Part shown: piece after piece, positions 46,815 to 59,000 of the stretch
How the letters are laid out: each line of letters opens with the position of its first letter
Position numbering within the stretch: position 1 is the first letter of the stretch
DNA from: Felis catus
Taxonomy: Eukaryota
Assembly (NCBI RefSeq): GCF_018350175.1
Contig: NC_058382.1
Span: 58,158,001-58,222,000, forward strand
Length of the DNA stretch: 64,000 nt
Direction of reading: 5' to 3'
Position numbers and translations under genes: made by a program
Notes under the pieces: model-generated
The model's input: only the letters and a program-made list of their open reading frames with translations
Databases searched by the model: none
What the model was told of the DNA's origin: nothing

Positions 46815-47160
46815 ACCAGTGGGCTTTGTCACCGGCGGTCGTAACCAGGCCCCACAGGCCGGGGCGGCTTGGACAGCAGAGATCTGTTTTCTCACGCTTC
46901 CGGAGGCTGGAGGTCCAAGGTCAGGCAGTGGGCAGGGCTGCTCTCTCCCTAGGCCTGTAGACGGCCTCGTTCTCCCCGTGTCCTCACACGGGCCTCCCCT
47001 CTGTGCGCGTGGCTGTAGCCTGTCTCCCCTTCTAAGGACACCGGTCGTCACGCTGGACCAGGCCCACCCTAATGATCTCACATGAACTTAAGGTCGTCTG
47101 TGAAGAGTGCTGGGCGTCAGGGTTTCGACACAGGAATTTTCGGGGCCGGGTTCAGCTGAC
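46815..47160 (-). mobile_element. MLT1B-like solo LTR
   Basis: ttctcacgcttccggaggctggaggtccaaggtcagg...cttctaaggacaccggtc...ggcccaccctaatgatctca. Confidence 0.8.
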
Positions 47161-47184
47161 GCTTCCTTTTCGGCCGTCCGTGAA

Positions 47185-47420
47185 GGGTGGTATTCATCAG
47201 AAAAGTGTGTGTGGGTGCACTCCTCGTGCGCGTTTACCAGCCCAACTCGTCGTGTGACCGGCACCCGGGTAAGAAACCCACGGACCGTGGCCAGCTCCCA
47301 GGGGCTCCCTCGGCCTCCAGGTCAGCCCCTGTCCCCTCGGGTGGCCACTGCCCCGACTTCTAAGCCCAGGAGGCAATTTTCCAGTCAGTGACGTTCCGGA
47401 GTGACGTATTCTGGGTTGCT
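47185..47420 (-). mobile_element. L1ME/MD-like fragment, GC-shifted
   Basis: cagaaaagtgtg...gtgtgaccggcacccgggtaagaaac...ggtggccactgccccgacttctaa. Confidence 0.55.
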
Positions 47421-49187
47421 TGGGCCAATCACTGCTGCCCCGTTTCCCCACCACCGGGGGCAAGGGGGGAGAGGCCGTGGGAGCAGACGCGACCCAGCTG
47501 TCCCCGTGCCCGGGCCTCGGGGTGGGGCTGGCCGGCGTGGAGGGTCCGGCCGCCGAGGCACAGGCGGGGGGGGCGGGGCGCGTGGTCACCCGTGAATTTG
47601 CTGTGCTGGGGGAAGTTGGTTTCTTGGTTTGTTCTCAGCAGAGTGAAACTCGCAAGAACTCCGTAGTGCTTCTGTGTCCTTCACCTGCATCTCGGCGCCC
47701 TTGAACTTTCGCGTGCATACTCGGGGAGGGTGATGTGCGCGTCCGGTCTGCACACGCAGCTGCCCCTCGGAGCCTGTGGGCGAGGCGGACACTGTGGGTG
47801 GCACGAGTGGATAGAATGGGACCCGAGCTTCCAGAGGTGGCAGCGGCGGGGACAGGAGCTGGGACCCGAGGGAGGGGAGGGTGGGGATAAGCTCCACAGA
47901 GGGGCGAAGGCTCACCTAGGAGGGGCACGGCACGGACAAGGGCTGGAGGCTGGACCAGGCAGGCCGTTCGCGCGGCGGGAGCCCAGGTCTGCGTGGACAC
48001 GTGCAGAAAGCCAGCCGGCCGGGAGGCTTGTATCTGTGCCGTGGGCGACTCTGAGAGCCAGATTTTGGGGGGCAGTAGTGAAGTGCGGTCTGGGGCAGCT
48101 GTGCCCGGGGGGCTCCCCCCTGGGCCAGCTCCTGCTCTGCCTGGGCCTCCCCCAGAACAGCGGGGCGGTGCCCCCTTTCTCCCAGGGGCCTGGAGGCAGG
48201 GCCTGAGCCCTGTGCTGGGGCGAGGCCCACGTCCCCACGGAGGAGCCTCTCAGGCCAGCTCCCGGCCGTCCTCCTCGCTGCCCACCCCGGGGCGTCCGGG
48301 CCCCCATCCCTGGCTGCTGTGCAGACCACTGAGCTCCCCTGCCCGGCTGAGTTCTACGTGGGGAACTCGCCCCGGGCCCTCCCGCCACACAGCTTACCTG
48401 GCAGTGAGTAAGCGCCTCATAATTGCACGTCTCGCCTGCACTGAGCAGGGAGAAGGCTCCATCGAAGGTAAAACAGCGGCTGACAGCAGGGGGGGGGGGG
48501 CGGGGGGGGCACTGCTAACCGGACACCCCTGCCCCCGCCCCTCCCCCCCACGTGCCGTGGGCCTCGCTCGTGACGGTGCGCGCGGGTCCCTGCCTCCCCC
48601 GCGGGGGGCTTCGAGGTGCTCAGACCCGCGCCCCCCCCCCCGCCCCCACATCCCGATGGCCCCTCCTGATCTCTTCGTCCCCTGCAGACGGTCTCTCTGA
48701 CAGAACCTGACAAGAGCCATTTCCAAGATGGATTGATTCAATTTAGCACAAATTTTTGCTGGATTTGGTGACGTATGGCTCCCTGTTGGAACCGCATCAA
48801 ATGTGCCTCCAACGAGAGAGGGTTTATTAGGCCAGGCGCGCCGAGCAGGTGGGGCCCTGGGGGCCGAGCGCCTCCGGCGTGGACGCCATCTCGTGGGCTG
48901 GCTCTGGGGCCCCCTGGGGCCCCCGCGCGCCCCCCTGTCCCGTCATTAGGGGGCCGCTCGGCCCAGCTCAAAGGGAAATGCTTTGTGAGCCGGCTTTCCA
49001 TTATCCTCCAGGGGCTGGATTTCCATTCTATTCCCAGAAGCAAAGTTTTGCTGCTTGGGGGACCCCACCGTGGGAGACCCAGAGCTAAAGACGTCTTCCC
49101 TCTGGGCTGATAAATTCTTAATGGAGGCTGCAGCATCAGCAGGCACAGCACCGCCCACGGCTCACCCCCGGCCCGGAACCAGCGCCC

Positions 49188-49190
<3 letters not shown>

Positions 49191-49224
<34 letters not shown>
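49191..49224. repeat. (TG)n microsatellite
   Basis: About 17 perfect TG units. Confidence 0.95.
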
Positions 49225-49225
<1 letters not shown>

Positions 49226-49519
49226 CCCGTACATCCTGCCTCAGCCGGGGCGCACGCCGTCGATGACAGCCTTGCATGGCCACCTGCTGTCGTGTACAGG
49301 AGCCCAGGCCTCTGGACTGGATACTCAGTAAAGGCTGGAGGCTGCTTCTCATGGTCACTTGCTGGAAGAATATACCGGAAAGCAGTGAGGGAGAACGCAG
49401 CTTGGTTATTAGGAAGCCAGGGCGTGGGTGCACGTGGCTCTGGCCTTATTCTAGGATCCTTCTTACAGCCCCTGTCCCACAGGATCAACAGTCAAAGCCA
49501 CTGCTAACCACACGGCCCC

Positions 49520-49936
49520 CCACGACCCCAGCCAAGCTTTCTGCTCCCTCCCCCTACAGCTGACTCCCCGCTTCACTCCAACCACACCCGCCTCCTTGCC
49601 GTTCTGTGAACGTGCAGCCACAGGGTCTTTGCACCTACTGTTCCCGCTGCCCCGAAAGCTCTCCTGAGATCGCCGCACGGCTCATATTCCCGGCTCCTTC
49701 AGGCCTTCGTGCAAAAGCCAGCTGCTCGCCCTGCTGAAATGTAGCCCTCGGTTCCTCTCCTGGATTTGTTTGCCTTTGTGGCGATCACTCTTTATTCTTT
49801 GGTCACACGCACACGTAAGCTCCCTGAAGGCGGGGATGGCTCTCTGTTTTCCTCTCTGCTGTATTCCCGGTGCTCAGCACGGTGCCTGGCACTCGCAAGC
49901 GGTTGGTAGATGAGGTTGCTGACTGAGGGAGTGGAT
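49520..49936 (+). mobile_element. L2 3' end
   Basis: cagggtctttgcacctactgttccc...gtaagctccctgaaggcgggga...gtattcccggtgctcagcacggtgcctggcac. Confidence 0.8.
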
Positions 49937-49997
49937 TTCGTGGCCACCGGGGCTGGACAAATGGAAGCAGGGACCTCGCTGATTTTCCCTCTGTGCG

Positions 49998-50479
49998 AAT
50001 GGTAGGCTGGAGACTGCCCCCCCCCCCCCCCCCCCCCGCCAACGTCCGCGTCCCGATTCCTGGGACCTGGATCTGGGACCTGATTTGGAAAAGGGGTTTT
50101 TGCGGATGTGATGAAGTTAAGGACCGTGAGGTGAGGTGATCCTGGGCGACCCGCAGGGGGGCCTGAGTGCAACCATGAGTGTCCTTCCAAGAGGGGCCGA
50201 GGGAGATCCAAGATGCAGATGTGGAGGAGGCTTGAGGGCATGGAGGCCGAGCCTGGAGCGAGGAGCCCGGGAACGCCAGCAGCCGTCACAGGCTGGGAGG
50301 AGCAAGGAAGCGTTCTTCCCTAGAGCCTCTGTAGGGAGCACAGCCCTGCCAGCACCCGATTCGGCCCAGCGATGCTCCTTTCCAGCCTCCGGCCTCCGGA
50401 GCTGTGAAGAATCCATTCGTGTTGTTTTCATCCACCAAGTCTGGGTGGTCTGTCGGGGCAGCCGCAGGAAACGCACGCA
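49998..50479 (+). mobile_element. MLT1D-like solo LTR
   Basis: tggtaggctgg...atttggaaaaggggtttttgcggatgtgatgaagttaaggacc...ttcttccctagagcctc...ggcagccgcaggaaac. Confidence 0.85.
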
Positions 50480-52986
50480 GGGCCCGGCACTATTTAACAC
50501 GCCCTAGAAGTCAGCTCCAGTGGCACTGTGGGGTCTGCACAGGCGTCCGGGGGCTCAGACTGTCCCCCCAAGGCCAGCCTTCCCCGGCCGCTCCGGGTCT
50601 GGGTCTCTGCGTGTGTCAGAAGCAGCTGGATGGAGACGCTTCGGGGGGGGGCGGGGAGCGCTGGAGAGGGTACACGTGGTGCCCAGTGGGGATCGCTGAG
50701 CGGCAGTCAGGAGTCACGGGCACAGGGGGTCTCGCTGGGCCCTGGGGTCACCCTGGGGCTCATCAGGGCCCCCTGAAAACCACGCCTGCGCCTCCAGCCA
50801 CAGTCCTCAGAGCTGTGGCCCCCAGGGAACAGAACAGGTGGCCAGGGAGGAATCAGCAGGTGGGAGGGCCGGGGGCGGGGGGGGGGGGGGTTGGCGGTGG
50901 GCAGCGTCTGGCCCGTGGCCTGGGCCCTTCAGGAAGGACCCCAGACCCGTCCGGCTCTGGGGGTAGCCGGCAACCTGGTGGTGATTTCCCTGTCACCCGC
51001 CATTCGCCATTTGTCTATGTGGGTGGAGCCCCAAGCTTCAAAGTGACCACCTGCTTTGCTGACCCGGCCCCTTCCCCGTCACTTTTTTCGGGGGGTGCTT
51101 TTGATGGACGTGGTGTTTTCCCTCTCTTTTGAGGCAAATGGCTGATTGATTGCTTTTCGTCTTGCACTTTGAGTAGCTGTAAGAGCTACTTTATATAAAC
51201 ATCAATTACCAGCACGTCATAAATTAAGGGTCCCCTGCACGGCGGGCGTGGTAGAGACCAGCCCCGAATCCCAGCGCTCCCCCCAGCCCGCCAGCCTGGG
51301 CCGATGCACTTCGTGACGGTGGAGGGGGCAAGATGCTGACTGAATTGAGTCTGTAAGAGGGATCCCTGTTTCACGCCTGCCCGTCCGCGGCCTGGTGGGT
51401 TTGGGGACAGTTGGGCAGGTCGCTAGCCAGAGCCTTTGGAAGGAAGGTCCGTCCCACGCCTCTTGTGGCCCCAAACCCCCGCATTTGGCACCCAGATCAC
51501 CTTGGGGACCCTGGAGGCCTTCGAACCACCCTTCCATCCTGGCCTGTGTCTGCTTGCTCAGGGTGTGGCTGCTTCGTGGCTCTGCTCCGTGGTCCGTGGG
51601 CCCGACGGGGGGGGGGGGGAGGGGGGCCACCCCTTGCCATCGTGCGCCCTCTCCCGTCACCGTTGGGTCTGCCCTTCCTCCTCCTCGCTCGCTTCCTTCC
51701 CAGCTCTGCCTTTCGCAGCTGGGTGACCTCAGGCCGCGTGTTCAACCTCTCTGTGTCCCCGTTGGCTCCTGTGTATAGTGCGGGAAGAACGGTGTTCCTA
51801 AAGGCCCGGAAACGGGCTGTCACCTAGGTACGTTAGCTGTCCCTGCCACTGTTGCCATCGGCCGCCACACCCCATGTTGGGGCTCTCCCTGAGTCCACCC
51901 CCGGCCCCACCCCACTGATGAGAAGCTTTTCTCTCCCCCCCAACCCCCTGCTGCCCCTGAGCGCATTCCCAGGCCCCCACAGGCCTCCCTGTCACTGGCC
52001 TCCCCGTCCCTTGTCCGCCCAACTTCTAGAAGGACTGGGGGGGACGCCCGCTGCCCCTGGCCTCAGCCCCACCCTCCTCTGGGAAGCAGGAGGGTCCGCT
52101 GCAGCACCCCAGCCCCGCACTTTTCTCTTCCGAGAAGCAGCTTGCTCTTGGAGGCCCCCCCAGGTGCACACCCTGGGCGGGGGTGGGGTGGCATCAGAAT
52201 CCCGGGAGGGCCTGGCAATCTGCATGTCTGCTCCCCGGGTGATTCTAGGCCGCGACCGGGGCTGTTGGAAGCTCTCGAGAGCCAGCAGGGACTCACCTCC
52301 TGGAGGACTCCTCTCCTGCTCTCCCCTCCTCCCTGGGCTCTCTCCTCTCTCCCTCCTCTCTCGCTTCCTGCCTCCTCCCCCTCCCCACTCTCCTCTCCTC
52401 CTCCCACCAGGTCAGTGTCAGGGGAGGAGGACCAGGAGGCCCCCAGGACTTCCCTGGAGCAGATCTGCTGCCCTCACTCCCCTCCCTCTCTTGTGTCTGT
52501 GAATCCCCCCCCCAGGGTGTCCCCACCTGGAGCTCCCCCCAGGACAGCTCTCCTGGAGGACGGAAGAAGGCAGTCAGGCCTGTGCAGGGGTGGGCAGTCC
52601 TGGCTTAGCAGCACCCCCCGCCCCCCGCCCAGCCCTGTCGGGGAGCAGCGAACCCACTGGAGGTTTGGCACAGCCCCCTGAAAGGCTGCCAAGCCCCACT
52701 TCTCATACAGAGACGCCTGCCCAGCTCAGAGACTCTGCAGCCCATTGTTCTGGGGAAGGCCCTGTTGCCAGAACCTATTACGGGATGGAGATTTCTCAAG
52801 TCCAGACCACAAGGCCTGGCCGTGAGTGCCCCCTCCGCCCTGCTCCCCAAGGTTCCGGAGCCCCCGGCCCCTGCCAGGCAGCTGCTCTGCCCCCCTCCCG
52901 CCCCTCCTCTGCCTGTGTCTGCCCCGGGGCCTGCAGAGAGCCGGGAGCGGAGGTCGGGGCTGTTGAGTCAGAGGCCAGGCAGGGAT

Positions 52987-53135
52987 GTGTGCATGCACGT
53001 GCACACACGTGTCTATGCGTGCACGCACGTGTGCACCTGTACGTGCGCACACGCCTACAGGTACATCTGTGTGCGTGCGCGTGAGCACGCGTGAGCCCGC
53101 ACGTGCACGTGTGAATGTGCGCACACGCTGTGTCT
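52987..53135. repeat. Degenerate alternating purine-pyrimidine (CA/TG/CG) simple repeat
   Basis: gtgtgcatgcacgtgcacacacgtgt...gcacgtgcacgtgtg. Confidence 0.8.
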
Positions 53136-55076
53136 CGGGGGAGCCCTGGAGCCGCCCTCCCGCTCCCAGGGCGCCTCCCGTTGACGGATGAGCACTGATG
53201 TTTCCCAAGCAGCATACCAGCTGCCTGAAGTCACAGTTTCCATCTGCAGGCACCGCCCCACCTCTGCTCGGGCTTGTCCCTGTCCCCGGGGGCCTGCGCT
53301 CCAGCCCCGGGGGTGGCCGGGCGGCAGGGCCTCCCCTCCAGCGGGCTCCTGCTGGACGGGGTTAAGCAGTGAGCTGGAACTCCCAGGAGGAAACGACTAC
53401 TCCCCTCAGCTCCTGGGCCTGGGGTCCCGTGGAGTCTGCTGATGAGTCCTGGCAGCAGCGGGAGGGTGGGGGCCGAGAGGAGGCAGCGACCTCAGGCAGA
53501 AGGCCGCAGACTGCCAGCTCGGGCCTGCGTCCTCTCGGGGCCCGAGGGCGCTGCTTTCTGTGGGTGGGGGGCCGCCTGAGCACGTGTCAGGGTGGCGGGG
53601 CTGGAGACGCCCCCGCGTTCATCCAGGGCTCCCCTCGGCCGGCTGTGCAGGGCTGGGGTGGGAGGGCCCGGGGCAGGGGGGGCAGGGTCTGGCCGCAGAG
53701 GAGTGACGCGCCTGGCAGCGGGCAGGGCTGGAAGGGGGGGGCCCGGGGGCAGTCACCCCGCGGGCCCGCGTGTCTGCGGTCCGGCGTTTCTTTGCGGCCA
53801 GCACATCCTCAGAGTCAAGTCTGTGGTCCCTGCCTGTGGACACATCTTCGCGCACAAGCCTCATGGGGCACCGGGCCCGTCGCGTGCTCTATCCTGGAGG
53901 TCCTCGAGGCAGGGGGACACAACCGGGTTGAATGTCCTTGGTCTAGCCACGTGACCTCCGGGTGCCACGGTTTGCTCATCTGTGAAATGGGGCCGTCGGG
54001 GTGCCGGTGGTCAGACAAGTCCCCGCACGCAAGTGCTTCCAGGAGCTGCCTCCCCGTCCCCGGGCCTCTCGCTGAGCCACTGGCCTGGAGAGGGGACGGG
54101 GCAGGTGGCTGACCGCCTCCCCCCCACCCAGCCCCTGCTCGGGCGGGTCCTCCTTCCCCGGCTCGCCCCCCGTCCTGAGCATCCCTCTCTCTTTTTTTTT
54201 TATCTTGCCAGCAGACAGAGCGCCTTCCAGTCCGTCATCCCATTTCATTTCTGGTCTGCGGAGAGTGACATTTACATATTAATATTTTCCAAGGGAGCCC
54301 CGTGCACGCGGAGCAAGTGTCTGCCTCGTGGCCTCACATAATGTGAGGGAGATAAAGCGGAGGCTCCTCGGTGAATAAGGACAAATGAAAGCCGTGTGGC
54401 CGTGAAAGGCCTCGCATTTGCCCTGTCAGCATGTGGTACATCGGCTCAACAACTGATTTAGCGCCCCTTCCTCCCGCCCAAGGTTTATCTCCACTTACAG
54501 AGGACGCGCTCTTTGTGAGGGGCCTGTCCCTCGGCTCTGCCTCCCTGTCACTTCCTGCCGCCTCCCGCCCGGGCGCCAGGGACGGCTGTGGCCGCGATGC
54601 CCCGTCGGGCCGGCAGCAGGAACTCAGGCTGGTTATCTCTCCCCGGCAGAGGCCGCGTGCGCTGGTCCCCAGGGCCTCCGGGCTTCCTGGGCTGCAGCGC
54701 CCCTCGGCGGCCGCCCGGGCAGGTGCAGGGCCATTCTGAGAGGATGAGGGGGCTCCAGGGTCCGGGTGCCTGGGTCCGGAAGAGCGAGGGGGCGCCGGGG
54801 TCCGAGTGTCAGGGTCCTGGAGGGCAAGGGGGGTCTCTGGGCCATGAGGATGCTCACAGGTGGAGGGGACAGGGCAGCCACAGGCGTGGGGCAGGGAGGC
54901 CGCCCCTGACCTGGGGCCTGGACTGTTCTCTGTGCTTTGTCTGCGTGGTCTCCTTAACCGTGAGGCACAGTTGTGACTGTCAGGAAAACCGAGGCCCAGA
55001 GAGTAGAAGTGGACCGCCCAGGGAGGCTCCAGGGTGGCCACATTCAGCTTCCAGCCCCAGGACTGCCTGAGGCCAG

Positions 55077-55107
55077 CTGTCGCCCTGAGACACTGTCGCC
55101 CTGAGAC
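55077..55107 (+). repeat. Tandem duplication, 16-bp period (ctgtcgccctgagac x2)
   Basis: Identical 15-mers at 55077-55091 and 55093-55107. Confidence 0.9.
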
Positions 55108-55594
55108 CCCGTCCCCCCACCCCACCCCCCCCCCCGACCTCGGGAAAGGAGAATACACCACGCAGGGGTGAGGTTCAGAGTCAGCTATAAAGCCAAGCCT
55201 TGGTGTGCACGGCCTCGTCCTCAATCCCTCTGGGTGCGGGGGACGCTTCGCGTGCACATAGAGGTTGGTGTGTGTTTAGGGCCCGTGGCTGCGTGAGATG
55301 CCCCCCCCCCCCGGGGAAACACCGGTCTTGTCTCTTGGTCTTGTCTGTTGGTCTGTCCGTCAGTTTGGGGGAGCCCCTTGAGGACTAATGAAGGGCACCC
55401 GTGGCACCTGTCTGGGGGCGGCCTGGTCCAGGGGTGCTGAGAAGAGAGACCGGGTCATGTAGGCCCTTGGGAAATGCCAGTTCCGTTTCAAACAAAGGCC
55501 AGGGTGGGGGAGCTGTCTGGAACCTCCGACAAGAGCCCCCCCATACAGCCGTGTTCCCCGTCCCTGACCCTCGCCGCTGGAAAGGCCCTTAGAC

Positions 55595-55795
55595 CAGCTC
55601 CATCCAACAGCACTTTCTGCAACAATGGAATGTTCTAGATCTGCACCGTGCGTACAACAGCTCCCAGCCACGTGTGGTTATTGACCACTTGAAACATGGC
55701 TCAGGCAGCCAGGGCCCTGAACTGGTGACGTCATTCAGTGCTAGCTGATTTAATGGGGGCGTCCACACGTGGCTGGTGGCTCCGGGGTTGGGGCC
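55595..55795. mobile_element. MER3 DNA transposon
   Basis: tccaacagcactttctgcaacaatggaatgttctagatctgc...agccacgtgtggttattgaccacttgaaacatggct. Confidence 0.8.
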
Positions 55796-55859
55796 GGGTT
55801 TGGGCTGGGTCCCCCTGCACAGGATGGGCCCGCCTTCCCTGTGTGGATCGCGGCCCCGC

Positions 55860-56050
55860 CCTCACTGCGTGACCACAGACCGGCTCCCTTTGCAGGCCTC
55901 AGTTTCCCCTCTTTGGGGTGACGGAGCAGCGGCCTCAGGGGGCTACTCTGAGGCCTAGCGAGCTCCCCGACGGGTCACGGTGTCGTGGACGGAGCTGGTC
56001 CTAGGCACCCTGTGCCTGTTTTCAGCTTTGACCGTCGTCGTCATTGGCGT
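55860..56050 (+). mobile_element. MIR (strongly GC-shifted)
   Basis: caggcctcagtttcccctctttggggtgacgg...; the tail region reads as (GTC)n. Confidence 0.45.
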
Positions 56051-59000
56051 CATCCTTGTTCGTGACTGAGGAGTCCTGAGAAGTCCCGTTCTCCCTGACG
56101 CCGGTGGCCTGCGGCCTGAGAAGCCTCGATGTGGATGACGTGTGGGGGAGGGCCCGTCTCTGGACTCGGGAAGGACCCCTGGTGACCCACAATGCTTTGT
56201 GCTCTGACCTCCCCAGGTGCACTAGGGAGACCAGCAACCGCCAAGAGAAGGCCCAGGGGTGTCTCCAGAAAACAATCTTCTGGGCCCTGCTGCTGTTTTC
56301 ACTTCCACCTTTTCAGAGGCTAAGAGCTCCCCCGCCCCGCTTTCTGTTTTTCTCACTTTATGCCAGAGGCTAAGGCTCTGTGGATAACGATGGACCTCTG
56401 AGGGAGGGAGCACGAAGTTCCTTCCTTGTCTTTGCTGCAGGACCCCAGGGCGGAGTGGGGCCCGGCCCCTGCAGGCCTCTGGTCTGCTGGCCGGCGGCTT
56501 GGCCCGGAGAATGGTTGACAGGTCTGCTTTGCGACAGCGGCTGGGAGGCTTGAGGAGCGAGTCTGGGGTCTTCCGGAAGATCTCGGGATTGACTGAGTTG
56601 CGGCAGAAGCCCTGACCCCGAGGCTGCCCTTCTGACTTGACCGGTGTGGGTAGGCGTCCGACCCGCTGACCTCTGGCTGCAGTTCAGTGATGCTTCCGGG
56701 GGGACCCAACGTAGGGGGCCGAGGGCACTGGGCCCGGGTCTGGAAGCTGGCTTCTCTCGGGCCTTAGAGATAAAAACTGCAGAATGGCCTTCCACCTTCA
56801 CCTCACCTTGAACTTGGCCTCTTGGGTGAGGAATTGGACCCCAGAGCGAGTCTGTGATGCAGCCAGGGTGGTGTCGAGGGCTCCCGCCTCAGGGTCCTGC
56901 CCTGCCCTCCCCGTCCAGCCTCCCCTCCCTCCCGCCTGGTGCAGAGTAGCTCTGGGCACATTTGAGACCTCTGTGGACCTCGGTTTCCCCCCTGCAGTCC
57001 CGTCCCCGGATCCCTTTCCTGCCTGGGCACCCTCCCCTTGCATTCGGGAACATGTGTTTGCAGCCTCCTTGTTCTTGCGGCCCCCCCCCGACCCCCCCCC
57101 CCCCCCGCCCCGAGAGGCCAGCGTCTCTGTCTCAGTGTTCTTACCCCGTAAAATGCCGAGTGTGCTGGCGCTGAGCCCAGGGGGGTCTTGAAGGGTTTCC
57201 ACATACTGTTTTAAGATCCTCTGCTAATGAGGGCCCTGCAATGCCAAGTGTTCCCATGTCTGTGCGTGCCAGCGAGAAACTGGGCACCACTCACAGCAGC
57301 CAGTGGCAACTCCTAGCGAGCGACAGGGCGGAGGCACGGGCCCCTTGGCCGCCTTCCTGTGGAGCCTCTCCAGGGCCTCCTGGAAATCCCAGGCGCCCTC
57401 ATGGGAAGGGGGCATTTGGAGCCGGGCCGGGCCCTGCCGGCCAGGCGGCCTCAGTTTCCCCGCTCACAGCAGGGGCTGCCTGAGCCAGGACGGGGAGGGT
57501 AGCGGCTGTAAGGATTTCCTCAGGCAGCCGGCAGCCCCCCACGCCCTGCCTGACCTTAGTAGATGCCCCCTCCCCCTCCCGCAGGCCCCAGATGGACTGT
57601 GGGATTTGCCGGGAAGTGGCTCGTCCATTATGCCTCTCGCCTCTCCCGCTGTTGAGGTCAGCTGCGAGACAGAAAGCGATGGGGGTGCCTGTCCCCACAC
57701 CTGCCCGAGGCCTGTGGTCAGGACGGGGGCGGGGCCCGAGGCCCACCCGAATCCCAGCACCCCTCAGGGTGCAGCCTCGCCTCCCCTCGATGCCCGGCCA
57801 GTCCCCACCTCGCTGCCAGGGTCGGCGCCCTCCCTTCCTGGCTTCCTCGGTCCAGTGTGGCCGCACGGGCCCTGGGCCATTGCTCTCACCCTGCAGATGA
57901 GGAAACCGAGGCACCCGGGCGAAGCGACTTGGCCAAGGGCGCTCGGCTGCAGAGTGGAGGAGGGAGGGTGTGCGCCCACCCCAAGGGCCGGGCATGTGCA
58001 CGCACCCCAGCTCTCTGGCACTCAGCCCAGGGGGGCCGCCTCTGCCCCCTGCACACGCAGGAAGGTGCCGGGTCAATGTTCGTGGACAGACTGACGAAAC
58101 GACCTCTGGGTTGAGGGAGTTGGAGGGAGACGTCTCTAGGGACTGAAGGAGGCAAGGCTGGGGCACCCCGAGAGCTGTCTCCCCCCAACGCCCTGCAGCC
58201 CCCCAGCTCTGGGGGCTGAGACAGTTGCTAGAGGGAGGGACGGGGCCCCTCCCTCTCAGCCGTCTGCCCCGAGAACCTTCCACAGGTTGGCGGTGTCACC
58301 GAGCGCCTGTTCCAGGCAGGGTGGGGCGCCCACATTTCTGAGACTCCCCGCTCTCCGGTGCCAACACAAGCCTGCCTTCTCTGGGGGCTGGGGGACAGTG
58401 GGCCTTTGCTCCTTGGACATCAGCAGAGGAGGCGGTGGGGGAGGGGAGCACGGTGAGAACTCAGGCCTTGAGACCAGCTCCATCTGGGATGCCGTCCCGG
58501 TCACGTCTCCTGATGGCTGTGTGGCTTTGGGAAAGGAGAAATCGGAGCTGCCTGTGAAGCACAGAACAAGGTGGTGTGTGTGTAAAGATGTTTCTGGAAT
58601 ACGGGAGGCACCCCTAAGTGCTAGCGTGGCCGTGATTATTGAGGGCGTTGAGAGATGGGGCCTTGCTCCCGGGAGGAGGCCCTAAGGGCGCTGAGGCCAC
58701 CTGAGTCACCTGTTTGGGCCAGCCTCATGCCCTGGGCAGGAGGACCGGAGGTAGGTGTGTGGAGCGGTGGGACTGGCAGCCACGGTTGAGGCCAGGAGAC
58801 CAGGGCGGGGCATGCCCGTGCCTGCTCGCAGGGTCCAGGAAGACAGGTATTGTTTGAACCTGTCCACGTCCCGGGGCTGAGAAGCCGGGGCCAGGCCTGT
58901 AATTACAAGGAGGAGAGGGCAGAGGGGCCGGCCGGCTTCCGATGGCCTCGTGACATCCCGTGTGCGCAGGACGCGGTGCGGGAATCCACACACCGGGGAA

